Source: Candidatus Beckwithbacteria bacterium (GTDB lineage Bacteria; Patescibacteriota; Microgenomatia; UBA1400; CG1-02-47-37). From it: 64,000 nucleotides of DNA. Below the pieces are notes generated by a model, which ran no database searches, had not been told where the DNA came from, and worked only from the letters and a program-made list of their open reading frames with translations. The position numbers were made by a program, and so were the translations under genes. Shown here piece after piece: positions 51,976-60,403 of the stretch. Numbering within the stretch: position 1 is the stretch's first letter; each line of letters starts with the position of its first letter. Location: the NCBI GenBank assembly GCA_043803225.1, contig JAZDKF010000027.1:22406-86405 (forward strand). Reading direction: 5' to 3'.

Positions 51976-52926
51976 ATGACGCAGGAATATTTAGCAAATT
52001 TAGGGGTGAATTGCGAAGGCAAGCCAATTACGCCTTGGGTAGAGCGGAATTTAATCTTTGGTTTGGGGCTACCGGAACCGGACAATGAATTAGTATTACT
52101 TCCCGAAGACAGGTTTAAAATCGATTGGCCTGGAAGGGAAATTAGCAATAGTGGCGCTTTTTCGAAGATTATTCTAGGCTTTGACTGCAAATTGAATCGG
52201 GAAGTGGCCATTAAAGTCCAAGTCATGAAGGACGAGGTTAAGGTTGCGCCAGAAATAATGATTCAGGATTTTGCCAGGGAGGCGAGGTTGATGATGATAC
52301 TTGATCATCCGAACATTCCGGAAGCATTCGGTTTAAGCGTGATTAAAGACAGGGGTGAATTTATCCCGGCAATCGTTATGGAGAGGGCTGATGGCGATCT
52401 TGAGGGCCAGCGATGGCTTGATCCAAAAAAAGTCAGTGAAATGGTTATGACTATTGGTGGAGTTGTAGACTATGCCAGAAGTAGAGGGGTGGTTCATTCA
52501 GATATTCGTCCGGCAAACATCCTGATTAAGGGAGACAAGTTTTTCTTAGGTGATTGGGGAGCGGCAGTAGATTTTAAAGGTAGAGATGAATTAATAGGTT
52601 TTTATACTTATGCGGCTCCGGAATTATTGCGATTAGCTAAATTACATCGATGGATTTATCCCGGGGAGATTCTAGCAGTTGACCAGCATGCTTTAGCGGC
52701 GACAGCCTATGATATACTGACTCTTTTTACCTCAACTTATATTTGGACAGAAGCTGGCGAAAATAGAGATGATCATCAGGATGAGGATGTTGTTTTAAGC
52801 CCACATAAGAAGATAAATGAAGAGGTTTATCAGGTTTTAGCAAGGGCGACAAGTTTTAAGCCAGAGGATAGGTTTAGCAGTTGTATAGAATTCGGTTTGG
52901 CGTTAAACGAAGCGATTAGGGCTTAA
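51976..52926 (+). CDS. Eukaryotic-like Ser/Thr protein kinase-like protein.
   Basis: 'VAIKV' (beta3 Lys), catalytic loop 'HSDIRPANIL' (HRDxKPxN-like), 'DWG' (DFG-like) and 'APE'. Start moved downstream of the tRNA to 'MTQEYL'. Confidence 0.5.
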   Translation: MTQEYLANLGVNCEGKPITPWVERNLIFGLGLPEPDNELVLLPEDRFKIDWPGREISNSGAFSKIILGFDCKLNREVAIKVQVMKDEVKVAPEIMIQDFAREARLMMILDHPNIPEAFGLSVIKDRGEFIPAIVMERADGDLEGQRWLDPKKVSEMVMTIGGVVDYARSRGVVHSDIRPANILIKGDKFFLGDWGAAVDFKGRDELIGFYTYAAPELLRLAKLHRWIYPGEILAVDQHALAATAYDILTLFTSTYIWTEAGENRDDHQDEDVVLSPHKKINEEVYQVLARATSFKPEDRFSSCIEFGLALNEAIRA

Positions 52927-53786
52927 AGTTCTTCCAGGGTGGTGGGGGCGGAGTCGGGTTTTTTAACGACCAATAAATATTTTTCCGTGGTAGAGAGGCG
53001 TTTGTGACCGACCAGTTTAGAGATTAAAGTTAAAGGCGTACCGGATTCGAGCTGGTGGGCGATAAAGGTATGGCGCAGATCATTGACTTTGGCATTTTTA
53101 ATATCAGCCAGTTTAAAGTAGCGGTCGATAGCAGTGCGGATATTCCGGATTAAAAACGGTTTACCGGTTTTAGTGATGAAGACTTGGTTGGTCCGGCTTT
53201 TGGGCCGGCTTTTTAAATAAGTGGTTAAGGCGACCTGAGCGGCTTTGTTTAAAGGGACTTCGCGCTGGGAGTGGGATTCGTAGGGTTTGATGTTGATTTT
53301 ATCGGTGTCGATATCATTTAAAGTTAAGTTAGCCAGTTCGCCGATGCGGATGCCGGTTTGCAGCAGCAGTTCCACAATAGCACAGAGACGGATATCTTCC
53401 CGGCAGACGTCGCGTAAACTGCGGTATTCCATTTTAGTTAAGATCCGAGGCGGCTTAACGTCGTATTTGGGGTGAGTGATATCAACGGCCGGGTTAGTTT
53501 GAATCAGGCCTTGACTGATAAGAAAACGGCAGAAAGTTTTAATGGAATTGAGCTTTCGGGAAACTGATTTGGCAGTGTAGTTGGTTTGGCTTAAGTGAGT
53601 TTTAAAATTTTCAATCTGCTCCGGAGTTAAATTTTGAGGAGAGGTAATTTTATCTTTGGCAATAAAATCAAAAAGTTGGGAGACGTCTTTAGAATATGCT
53701 AGGATGGTAGAAATAGAACGGCCTTTTTTCTTAAGGTCAGCCACAAAGGTTTTATGAGCAGCAGTCAGGGTTACATTATCAATCAT
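52923..53786 (-). CDS. Tyrosine site-specific recombinase, XerC/XerD-like.
   Basis: C-terminal 'LRHTFIAHQLESG...LVGHKRLSTTEKYL' (R..H-x-x-R..Y catalytic residues). N-terminal SAM-like 'TLTAAHKTFVADL'. Start set at the internal Met (288 aa); the ORF track allows 53936. Confidence 0.65.
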   Translation of the reverse strand: MIDNVTLTAAHKTFVADLKKKGRSISTILAYSKDVSQLFDFIAKDKITSPQNLTPEQIENFKTHLSQTNYTAKSVSRKLNSIKTFCRFLISQGLIQTNPAVDITHPKYDVKPPRILTKMEYRSLRDVCREDIRLCAIVELLLQTGIRIGELANLTLNDIDTDKINIKPYESHSQREVPLNKAAQVALTTYLKSRPKSRTNQVFITKTGKPFLIRNIRTAIDRYFKLADIKNAKVNDLRHTFIAHQLESGTPLTLISKLVGHKRLSTTEKYLLVVKKPDSAPTTLEEL

Positions 53787-53829
53787 ATCATGAGGTAAAA
53801 GTGTCTTATAATAACAATTAGGGGGATAG

Positions 53830-54198
53830 ATGTCAACGAGTAAAAAACGATTATTAGCGTATACCGTATTGGTTTTGAGTATATTAATGTCAATTAAGCT
53901 GGTTAAAGACATTGTTAAATTAAAGTCGGCTGACACCAGATTAACTGAGGCAGAAACAGAGTTTCAAGCAGCACAACAGGAACAGGCAGAATTGAAACAG
54001 CAGCTAATTGAGATTGAAGATAAAAGTTGGTGGGAAAAGCAAGTGAGAAATATTTTAAAAATGGCCAAACCGGAAGAGATTATTGTAGTAGTTCCGGACG
54101 AAGTGAAGAATAGCCGGGAGAGTCCAACAGAAGCTCAAAGTGAGGCAGTAACGGAGTTGCCAAATTGGCAGCAGTGGTGGCAGGTGGTAGTTGACTAG
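53830..54198 (+). CDS. FtsB/DivIC-like septum-formation initiator (TM plus coiled coil).
   Basis: N-terminal TM 'LLAYTVLVLSILMSI', a leucine-zipper-like 'QQEQAELKQQLIEIE' and 'WWEKQVRNILKMAKPEEII' resembling the FtsB gamma-domain. Confidence 0.4.
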   Translation: MSTSKKRLLAYTVLVLSILMSIKLVKDIVKLKSADTRLTEAETEFQAAQQEQAELKQQLIEIEDKSWWEKQVRNILKMAKPEEIIVVVPDEVKNSRESPTEAQSEAVTELPNWQQWWQVVVD

Positions 54199-54216
54199 AT
54201 GGTATAATAGTTTGAT

Positions 54217-54921
54217 ATGGGGTTATTTGATAAGTTAATTTTTAAGCAGGTAAAACGTAGGGAAATGGTGTTGAAAGTAGTGCCAAGCTTTGACAAGGGT
54301 TATAAGAAGTTTAGAATGAAGCCGTTTATTACGATTTCCCGTGAGGCAGGCAGCGGGGGGAAGCCGATAGCGAAGATTGTAGCCAAAAAGCTTAAATATA
54401 ATTTTTACGATAAACAGCTGATTAATTTAATTGCCAGGAAAGCAAACAAGCGGAAAGCCTTAATTGAGTCTTTGGATGAAAAAGAGCGGGGGATGATCGA
54501 AGATATTGTGCATTCGTTTTTTAACCCTGATTATGTAGCCGAAGAAACGTATTTTAAACATCTTTGTCAGATTACCATGACTTTGGCGAGAAAAGGCAAT
54601 TGCGTTATTGTGGGCCGAGGAGCAAATTTTATTACCAGTGATTATGGGGGGCTGCACGTCAGGATTGTGGCGCCGTTTTTAGTCCGGTCCGGCTATACCG
54701 CCCAATATGAAGGTTATTCGATTTATGAAGCCAGGGAAAGAGTGCAACAGCATGATAAGGAGAGAAAAGAGTTTATTAAAAACCATTTCAGCAAAGATCC
54801 GTCAAATGCCAATTATTATGATTTAGTGATCAATACGGCTGATTTGAAACAGGAGACTGTGGTAGAAATTATTATTACGGCCTTTAAAAAGAAGTTCCCT
54901 AACTGGAAAAACTTTAGATAA
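54217..54921 (+). CDS. Cytidylate-kinase-like family P-loop protein.
   Basis: 'ITISREAGSGGKPIAKIVAKKL' matches the cytidylate-kinase-like family N-terminus (ISRExGSGG). Confidence 0.5.
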   Translation: MGLFDKLIFKQVKRREMVLKVVPSFDKGYKKFRMKPFITISREAGSGGKPIAKIVAKKLKYNFYDKQLINLIARKANKRKALIESLDEKERGMIEDIVHSFFNPDYVAEETYFKHLCQITMTLARKGNCVIVGRGANFITSDYGGLHVRIVAPFLVRSGYTAQYEGYSIYEARERVQQHDKERKEFIKNHFSKDPSNANYYDLVINTADLKQETVVEIIITAFKKKFPNWKNFR

Positions 54922-55032
54922 ATTGGTAAAATAAGGGTTGTTCTTTGACTTTTAGCGGGTGGGAGGTAAGTATCTCGTGAGGCTCATAATCTCACTTAAC
55001 CTAGGAGCGTTACCTAGGACCCGCTACAAATT

Positions 55033-55056
55033 CCCCGTCATTATTGGCGGGGTTTT
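55033..55056 (+). terminator. Intrinsic terminator immediately upstream of tRNA(CAU).
   Basis: 'ccccg'...'cgggg' stem followed by 'tttt'. Confidence 0.45.
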
Positions 55057-55072
55057 GGTAAAATAGAAGCAT

Positions 55073-55145
55073 GGCAGGGTAGCTCAGTTGGTAGAGCACG
55101 GGATTCATAAACCCGCGGTCGCGAGTTCAATTCTCGCCCCTGCTA
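55073..55145 (+). tRNA. tRNA with anticodon CAU (elongator Met or lysidine-type Ile2).
   Basis: Acceptor 'ggcaggg'/'ccctgct' (G1-U72), D-arm 'gctc/gagc', anticodon loop 'ttcataa', T-arm 'gcgag ttcaatt ctcgc'. The 11:24 pair is C:G (elongator-like). A31-A39 mismatch. Confidence 0.65.
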
Positions 55146-55202
55146 CTAAAAAAATAAGTTTGTGATATACTTTATTTTATTAAACTGCCCTGTGGCAGTT
55201 TT

Positions 55203-56069
55203 TTGAAAAATATGGCAAATACTGAACAAGTTAGAGAATTAAGCCGAAATGCATTTTATAGCAATGCAAAAGCGCAAAAAGAGCTGACTAATTTATTTGG
55301 TCGTGTAGTTGCTAGCAGCGAGATGGATAAGTTTAAGGAGATGGTTTGGTCTTTGCAGGTAGAAATATATAATGGTATTGGTCAAGGGGAGCAATTACAG
55401 CAACTATGCCGCTGGCTGCCCGAGGATCAAAAAGAAGGGTTTAAAGTCATGCTGGCCAAGCTGATTGAACCGGAAAATCTACCAGTGTTTTCGGATAAAC
55501 CATTTAATGAAGTTGATTTACAGGAACAAGAAGCTAGATTGACTGCCGGCCAAATTTTTTCAGCGATTTGCTGGTTGCCAGGAGAAACAGTTGAGTCCAG
55601 GCAAGCGATCACCACTTCAGCGACGAAGTTTACAGAAAGCAATAATCCAGGATTGATGCTGGGAAGAAATAGAGGCGATAATGGTGAAGCTCCAGCGTGG
55701 ACAATAATTATCAATAATCAAACGGATAGGCGGTTAGAAGATTTTTGGAGAGATCGACTTAAAAGAGGATATGAGATAGGGTTTAAAGGTTTGATGTGTT
55801 TGCCTTCACTGGAAGCTAGAGACAGTAATGATTGGGTTTCTCTGCCGATGGATATAGCACCTGGGGTTATGAAAGAATATATCAGAATGTTTGGCGATGT
55901 AGGGGATTTAAACATAAGAAACAGGGTTATTGATAATATATTGACGTATTTTAACGATAAGAAGCCAGGGGAATTTAAAGAGCTGATAGAAAAGGCGGAT
56001 TTTTCAAACTGGTCAGGATGGATTAAAGATGGAGTTAATTATTGGTTAAAGGGTGTGTTGAAAACTTGA
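55203..56069 (+). CDS. Hypothetical protein (AT-rich).
   Basis: 288 aa ORF. No known motif recognised. Confidence 0.3.
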   Translation: MKNMANTEQVRELSRNAFYSNAKAQKELTNLFGRVVASSEMDKFKEMVWSLQVEIYNGIGQGEQLQQLCRWLPEDQKEGFKVMLAKLIEPENLPVFSDKPFNEVDLQEQEARLTAGQIFSAICWLPGETVESRQAITTSATKFTESNNPGLMLGRNRGDNGEAPAWTIIINNQTDRRLEDFWRDRLKRGYEIGFKGLMCLPSLEARDSNDWVSLPMDIAPGVMKEYIRMFGDVGDLNIRNRVIDNILTYFNDKKPGEFKELIEKADFSNWSGWIKDGVNYWLKGVLKT

Positions 56070-56388
56070 TAAGTTTTTCGTGATTGTCGTTTTTGGAGGC
56101 TTTGTTGCGGGTGATTTTGCCACAAGTTTCGCACTGGTGGAAAATAATATATTTGCCGCTTTTAATTTGTAAGCCAATGGGTTTCATTAAACCAAGACAG
56201 GGGGAATTTCGGTCACCGGGGATGAGTTCGTCAACGTGTTTGGAGTAGAGACAATGGGGGCAGTGGTTGGTATAGCCGTTACCCCAGACCGGCTGGCGGC
56301 AGTGAGCGCAGAAAAAATCTTCGCGGACTTTAATAAAGTGTCTGGGCATAAATTTGACTAAGTTAATTTTAGTGCTAAAATACAACAA
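56035..56388 (-). CDS. RNHCP-domain zinc-binding protein.
   Basis: 'NGYTNHCPHC' carries the name-giving R/N-H-C-P motif plus additional 'CAHC' and 'CETCGK' Cys pairs. 117 aa. Confidence 0.4.
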   Translation of the reverse strand: MLYFSTKINLVKFMPRHFIKVREDFFCAHCRQPVWGNGYTNHCPHCLYSKHVDELIPGDRNSPCLGLMKPIGLQIKSGKYIIFHQCETCGKITRNKASKNDNHEKLIKFSTHPLTNN

Positions 56389-56540
56389 TTGACAATTTAA
56401 ATAAACGCAGTGAACCGGAGGGTTGGAACCGGTGAGCGGACTCTAATCAAGTACGGAGGCAAAACCGTAAAAAGACAGCAGCGAGTGTCGTAAACTAACG
56501 GAGCTCGTCATAAATGAGGTTAAACTCATTGGTTTTGACG

Positions 56541-56563
56541 ATCCGCCGTGGGCGGATTTTTTT
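56541..56563 (+). terminator. Intrinsic terminator 2 nt upstream of tRNA-Trp.
   Basis: 'atccgcc' gtg 'ggcggat' followed by 'ttttttt'. Confidence 0.55.
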
Positions 56564-56565
56564 GT

Positions 56566-56638
56566 AGGGATGTAGCTCAGCTGGTAGAGCGTCTGTCTCC
56601 AAAACAGAAGGTCGTAGGTTCGAAACCTACCATCCCTG
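56566..56638 (+). tRNA. tRNA-Trp (anticodon CCA).
   Basis: Acceptor 'agggatg'/'catccct', D-arm 'gctc agctggta gagc', anticodon stem 'tctgt'/'acaga' with loop 'ctccaaa', T-arm 'gtagg ttcgaaa cctac', discriminator g. Confidence 0.75.
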
Positions 56639-56641
56639 CCT

Positions 56642-57352
56642 ATGATTAAAACTAATCATCAACCAATTGCGATTTTAGGCGGGATGGGTCCCGATGCTTC
56701 AGCGCGGCTTTATCAGTTGATGATAGAACTAGCTAGAAGCGAGTTTGGCGCGGTTCAAAACCATGACTATCCGGAAATAGTGATTGATTCAGTCCCGGTA
56801 AGAGAGTTTTTTTCTTCTCCTCAAAAAGCAACGGAAGCGATTATTAGCCTGCAAGACAGGATAAAAAAACTTGACGGTTTTCAACCTAGCTGTTTGGCTT
56901 TGGCCTGCAATACGGCTCACACAATTCTGATGGATTTGGCACAGGAAACTAAGACGCCGTTTGTGTCAATTATTGAAGAAGTGGTAAAAGAGACGGTTAA
57001 GAGAGGATATAAAAAAGTAGGATTATTAGCTTCGCCGACAACGATTTTTTCCGGCGTTTACCAGACAGAATTTATAGATAAAGGAGTGGAGTTAGTTTTG
57101 CCGGAAAATGGCTATATCGAACAGCTGGGAGAGATTATCGGCCAAATAGTCGGCGGCGAGTTTAAAAAGCCAAAAGCCAGATTATTAAAAATCGCCAATA
57201 GTTTGAAAAAGAAAAAAGTTGAGGCAATGGTTTTGGGTTGTACTGAGCTGCCGTTAGTTTTTCCCATGAACTATAGTTTGCCAATTATAAATAGTTTGGA
57301 AGTACTAGGAAGAAGTCTATTAACAAGATATTATAAAGGAGAGGATATATGA
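56642..57352 (+). CDS. Aspartate/glutamate racemase family (aspartate racemase-like).
   Basis: 'IAILGGMGPDASARLY' N-terminal motif and a 'LGCTELP' second catalytic-Cys region. Confidence 0.65.
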   Translation: MIKTNHQPIAILGGMGPDASARLYQLMIELARSEFGAVQNHDYPEIVIDSVPVREFFSSPQKATEAIISLQDRIKKLDGFQPSCLALACNTAHTILMDLAQETKTPFVSIIEEVVKETVKRGYKKVGLLASPTTIFSGVYQTEFIDKGVELVLPENGYIEQLGEIIGQIVGGEFKKPKARLLKIANSLKKKKVEAMVLGCTELPLVFPMNYSLPIINSLEVLGRSLLTRYYKGEDI

Positions 57353-58377
57353 AAGATAAATATTCGATTTTGACAGGGATAACGCCGTCGGGGAGCGGGG
57401 AGATTCATATTGGCAATTATTTCGGGGCAGTAGTGCCTTTTTTAGAGCTGCAGAAAAAGGCCGATAAGGTTTACTTTTTTATGGCTGATCTGCATGCTTT
57501 AACCACGGTTCAAGATAAAGCGCAACTGCAAAGAAATGTTGAAAATCAAATATTGGCTTATTTAGCCTGTGGTTTGGATCCGAAAAAAGTGGTGTTCTAC
57601 CGCCAGTCGGATATTGGTTTACATCCGGAATTGCAGTGTATTTTAAATAATGTGACGCCTTTGGGACTGATTAAGCGCTGCCATGCATATAAGGATAAGC
57701 TGCAAAAAAACATTGATGAAGAGAGTGTAAATATGGGATTATTTAATTATCCAATTTTAATGGCGGCAGACATTTTATTATATGAGCCGGACTATGTGCC
57801 GGTCGGGGATGATCAAAGACAACATATTGAGGTGGCTCGGGATATTGCCGGTGCTTTTAATAAAATTTACGGACAAACTTTCAAGCTTCCGGATATATAT
57901 AATGTCAAAGAAACAGCGCGGTTAATCGGTACAGACGGCAAGAGAAAGATGAGTAAAAGTTTGAATAATTATATTTCGGTGTTTGAAAGCGAGGCCAAAA
58001 TTAAGCAGCAGATAATGAGTTGTTTTACTGACCCGAATAGGATTAAATTGACTGATCCAGGCCGGGTAGAGGGCAATCCGATATTTATTTACCACGATTT
58101 AGTGAATAAAGATAAAGATGAAGTGACAGAGCTAAAGATAAGATATCAAGAGGGGAAAGTAGGAGATGTGGAAGTGAAAGAAAAACTTTTAAAGGCATTG
58201 TTAAAAAGATTTAAGGATGAAAGAGTTTGTTATCAGGAATTGCAAGATAATCCAAAAAAGATTACTAAAATATTAAAAGACGGGGCGGAGAAAGCCAGAA
58301 AACAGGCAGAAAAAAAGATGATCGAGATCAGAGAAAAAATCGGCATCACTAATAAGTATTCATTTTTTAAGTATTAA
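57349..58377 (+). CDS. trpS: Tryptophanyl-tRNA synthetase.
   Basis: 'TGITPSGSGEIHIGNY' (HIGH-type), 'KMSKS' ('GKRKMSKSL'). 342 aa. Adjacent to tRNA-Trp. Confidence 0.85.
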   Translation: MKDKYSILTGITPSGSGEIHIGNYFGAVVPFLELQKKADKVYFFMADLHALTTVQDKAQLQRNVENQILAYLACGLDPKKVVFYRQSDIGLHPELQCILNNVTPLGLIKRCHAYKDKLQKNIDEESVNMGLFNYPILMAADILLYEPDYVPVGDDQRQHIEVARDIAGAFNKIYGQTFKLPDIYNVKETARLIGTDGKRKMSKSLNNYISVFESEAKIKQQIMSCFTDPNRIKLTDPGRVEGNPIFIYHDLVNKDKDEVTELKIRYQEGKVGDVEVKEKLLKALLKRFKDERVCYQELQDNPKKITKILKDGAEKARKQAEKKMIEIREKIGITNKYSFFKY

Positions 58378-58458
58378 TATGAGATTTTTTAACTGGTGGC
58401 AGGGACGATATTTATGGCGGGCTAGAAATTAGCTTTTGTGTTTTTATTAATTTAATTA

Positions 58459-58483
58459 CCCCCGCCAAACAAGCGGGGTTTTT
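58459..58483 (+). terminator. Rho-independent terminator after trpS.
   Basis: 'ccccgc' caaacaa 'gcgggg' followed by 'ttttt'. Confidence 0.55.
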
Positions 58484-58486
58484 CAT

Positions 58487-59143
58487 ATGTTTCAAATTGC
58501 AGATTTTATTGACCGAATAGTGGTTAGAGAGCCGCGGTCAGGAGAAAACTTAATTAAGACAGAACGGTTGATAACTCAGACCTTAAAGTGTTGTGGTTTA
58601 AAGTATCAAAAACAGCGGTTGAGTGAGGTTGATACCATAAATATTCTGGCGGGCAATTTAGTTAAACCGTGGTCAATTCTGCTGACTCATTTTGATGCGA
58701 TCGGGCCGGGAGCTTTAGACAATGCTTCTGGGGTGGCTGTGTGTCTGAAAATATTAATTGAACGGTCTGATTTTGCCCAAGATAATTTAGCGGTTTTTTC
58801 CGGGAGCGAAGAAACCTCAAAGGAAAGACCGATATATTGGGGTTATGGTTACCGTCGGTTTGAACAAAAGTACGGCCGGTTATTGAAAAACTGCCGGGCA
58901 ATTTATGTGGTTGATTGTGTCGGTAACGGTCGGTTGCATTTTTTCCAAGGCGACTACTACTTTCATGAGGCGGTACCGTTGCAAAATTTAGCGGCGGTTA
59001 AAGATAAATTGTTTGTGTTGACAGGGTCGGTAAAGAAATTACTGGCGGTTTGCCATACCCGAAAGGATACGGCCGAGAAGCTAGATAAGAAATATTTGGA
59101 GGCCAGCTATAACCAGTTGGTAAAAAAATGTTGCCGGAATTAA
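58487..59143 (+). CDS. M28/M20-like metallopeptidase-fold protein (short).
   Basis: 'LLTHFDAIGPGALDNASGVAVCL' resembles the Zn-ligand region (HxD...DNxSG) of M28 aminopeptidases. Confidence 0.35.
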   Translation: MFQIADFIDRIVVREPRSGENLIKTERLITQTLKCCGLKYQKQRLSEVDTINILAGNLVKPWSILLTHFDAIGPGALDNASGVAVCLKILIERSDFAQDNLAVFSGSEETSKERPIYWGYGYRRFEQKYGRLLKNCRAIYVVDCVGNGRLHFFQGDYYFHEAVPLQNLAAVKDKLFVLTGSVKKLLAVCHTRKDTAEKLDKKYLEASYNQLVKKCCRN

Positions 59144-60081
59144 GAACCCTGGAGGGTTTGGAGGCATTACGCGAGGCGGGATATGGTTTCAGTGCGTTTG
59201 ATTTACCGCGGCAATTTAAAATGCAGGCGGAGATTGTAGCATCAGCAGTTAAGGTTATTCAGAATTTAACGGATGAGCCGAAGATAGTTTACGATACCGC
59301 CTACCTGATTTTAGACAGTTTGTTAGCCGCCCCCAACGGTTTACAATTTTTCTCCCGTTTTCCCAAAGAAGAGATAGCACAGTTTGGCTATTTGGCAGTT
59401 GCCAGCCGGTTAAACCATCAACCAGTGCCGGTGGTTTGTCCGGTTTGTCCTGACTACCGAGGCCATTATCAGATTGGTGACGGAATCAGCCGGACGGCTG
59501 AGGCAGTGATGGTGAAGATACCGACGATTAAAGAGTTTTTTGAAAAGAGAGGGTTGTCAGTGTTTATCGCCATACAATTGGCAGACGTAGAAGCATACGA
59601 TCAGTTTATTCTGGAGGCCTCCGGGGAGACAGAGGCAGGTTTTTTAGGAAAAACAAGGACTTCAATTGAGAAGATTCAAACACGGATAGATGAGTTAGGA
59701 TTAGCCGGGATAGTCCAAGCAGAGTCGATGTCAGAGGCGCTAGGGCGTTCGGGGATTGATTATTTTTACTTAAAAGAAGTAAAGGCGGAGCAGATTAGTA
59801 AAAGTGAGAATAGAAAAGTGAGAAGGGCAATTGAAGCATTAGTGACTGAGAGGCAAAAGTTGGGGGACTTTGAGACGATCAGTAAGCCAGACAGGAGAAG
59901 TATGGTGGTGAGAGAGTTGGCAGATTATAGTGTTTATGGAGATTATGTTGGCGGCCGGGCGGTAATTTTGTCTGCGGACGCACTGAGCGCCGTGCCGGCT
60001 TATAACTTTTTACGCGGCAAGGAGAAGGCTATAAGTCCAACGGTATATTTAAAAGATGTTAAAATTGCTTATGACAGATAA
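59128..60081 (+). CDS. Hypothetical protein.
   Basis: 317 aa with a 'VVCPVCPDY' Cys motif. No family recognised. Confidence 0.3.
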   Translation: MLPELRTLEGLEALREAGYGFSAFDLPRQFKMQAEIVASAVKVIQNLTDEPKIVYDTAYLILDSLLAAPNGLQFFSRFPKEEIAQFGYLAVASRLNHQPVPVVCPVCPDYRGHYQIGDGISRTAEAVMVKIPTIKEFFEKRGLSVFIAIQLADVEAYDQFILEASGETEAGFLGKTRTSIEKIQTRIDELGLAGIVQAESMSEALGRSGIDYFYLKEVKAEQISKSENRKVRRAIEALVTERQKLGDFETISKPDRRSMVVRELADYSVYGDYVGGRAVILSADALSAVPAYNFLRGKEKAISPTVYLKDVKIAYDR

Positions 60082-60397
60082 AATCAGCATCCAAGATTTT
60101 GCCAAAGTAGAGATAAGAGTGGGGAAGGTGGTGGAGGCAGAGGGGGTTGAAAAAAGCGAAAAATTGATCCGGCTGACTGTGGATTTTGGGGATTATGAAA
60201 GGACGATTTTTACCGGAGTAAGGAGCTATGGTTACATGGTGGAGGATTTTGTAGGGAAGCAGTTTTTATTTGTGACTAACCTGGAACCGAAAAAGATTAT
60301 GGAAGAGGAAAGCCAGGGGATGATTTTGGCGGTGGGAGAAGATAGGCCAATCTTTATTGAGGTTAAAGATATGCCCATAGGGGCAAAAGTAAGATAG
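60056..60397 (+). CDS. tRNA-binding domain protein (CsaA/Trbp111/EMAP-like OB fold).
   Basis: 'DFAKVEIRVGKVVEAE...KLIRLTVDFGD...LFVTNLEPKKIMEEESQGMILA' matches the MetRS-C/CsaA tRNA-binding domain pattern. Confidence 0.6.
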   Translation: MLKLLMTDKISIQDFAKVEIRVGKVVEAEGVEKSEKLIRLTVDFGDYERTIFTGVRSYGYMVEDFVGKQFLFVTNLEPKKIMEEESQGMILAVGEDRPIFIEVKDMPIGAKVR

Positions 60398-60403
60398 AAT
60401 TAT

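Noticed and set aside
51886-52926. ORF-track start at 51886 for the kinase-like gene
   Set aside because: It overlaps the tRNA-Ile(UAU) gene. A downstream in-frame ATG at 51976 ('MTQEYL') is used instead.
51871-53936. tRNA plus integrase taken as a tRNA-anchored genomic island
   Set aside because: The recombinase is the size and sequence type of XerC/XerD (about 288 aa from the internal Met). I could not find a direct repeat of the tRNA 3' end downstream. The case is left open rather than called a mobile element.
56389-56563. Assigning the candidate sRNA specifically as SRP/4.5S or 6S RNA
   Set aside because: I could not reproduce the conserved SRP domain IV motifs or a 6S central bubble by eye. 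It is kept only as an unclassified candidate.
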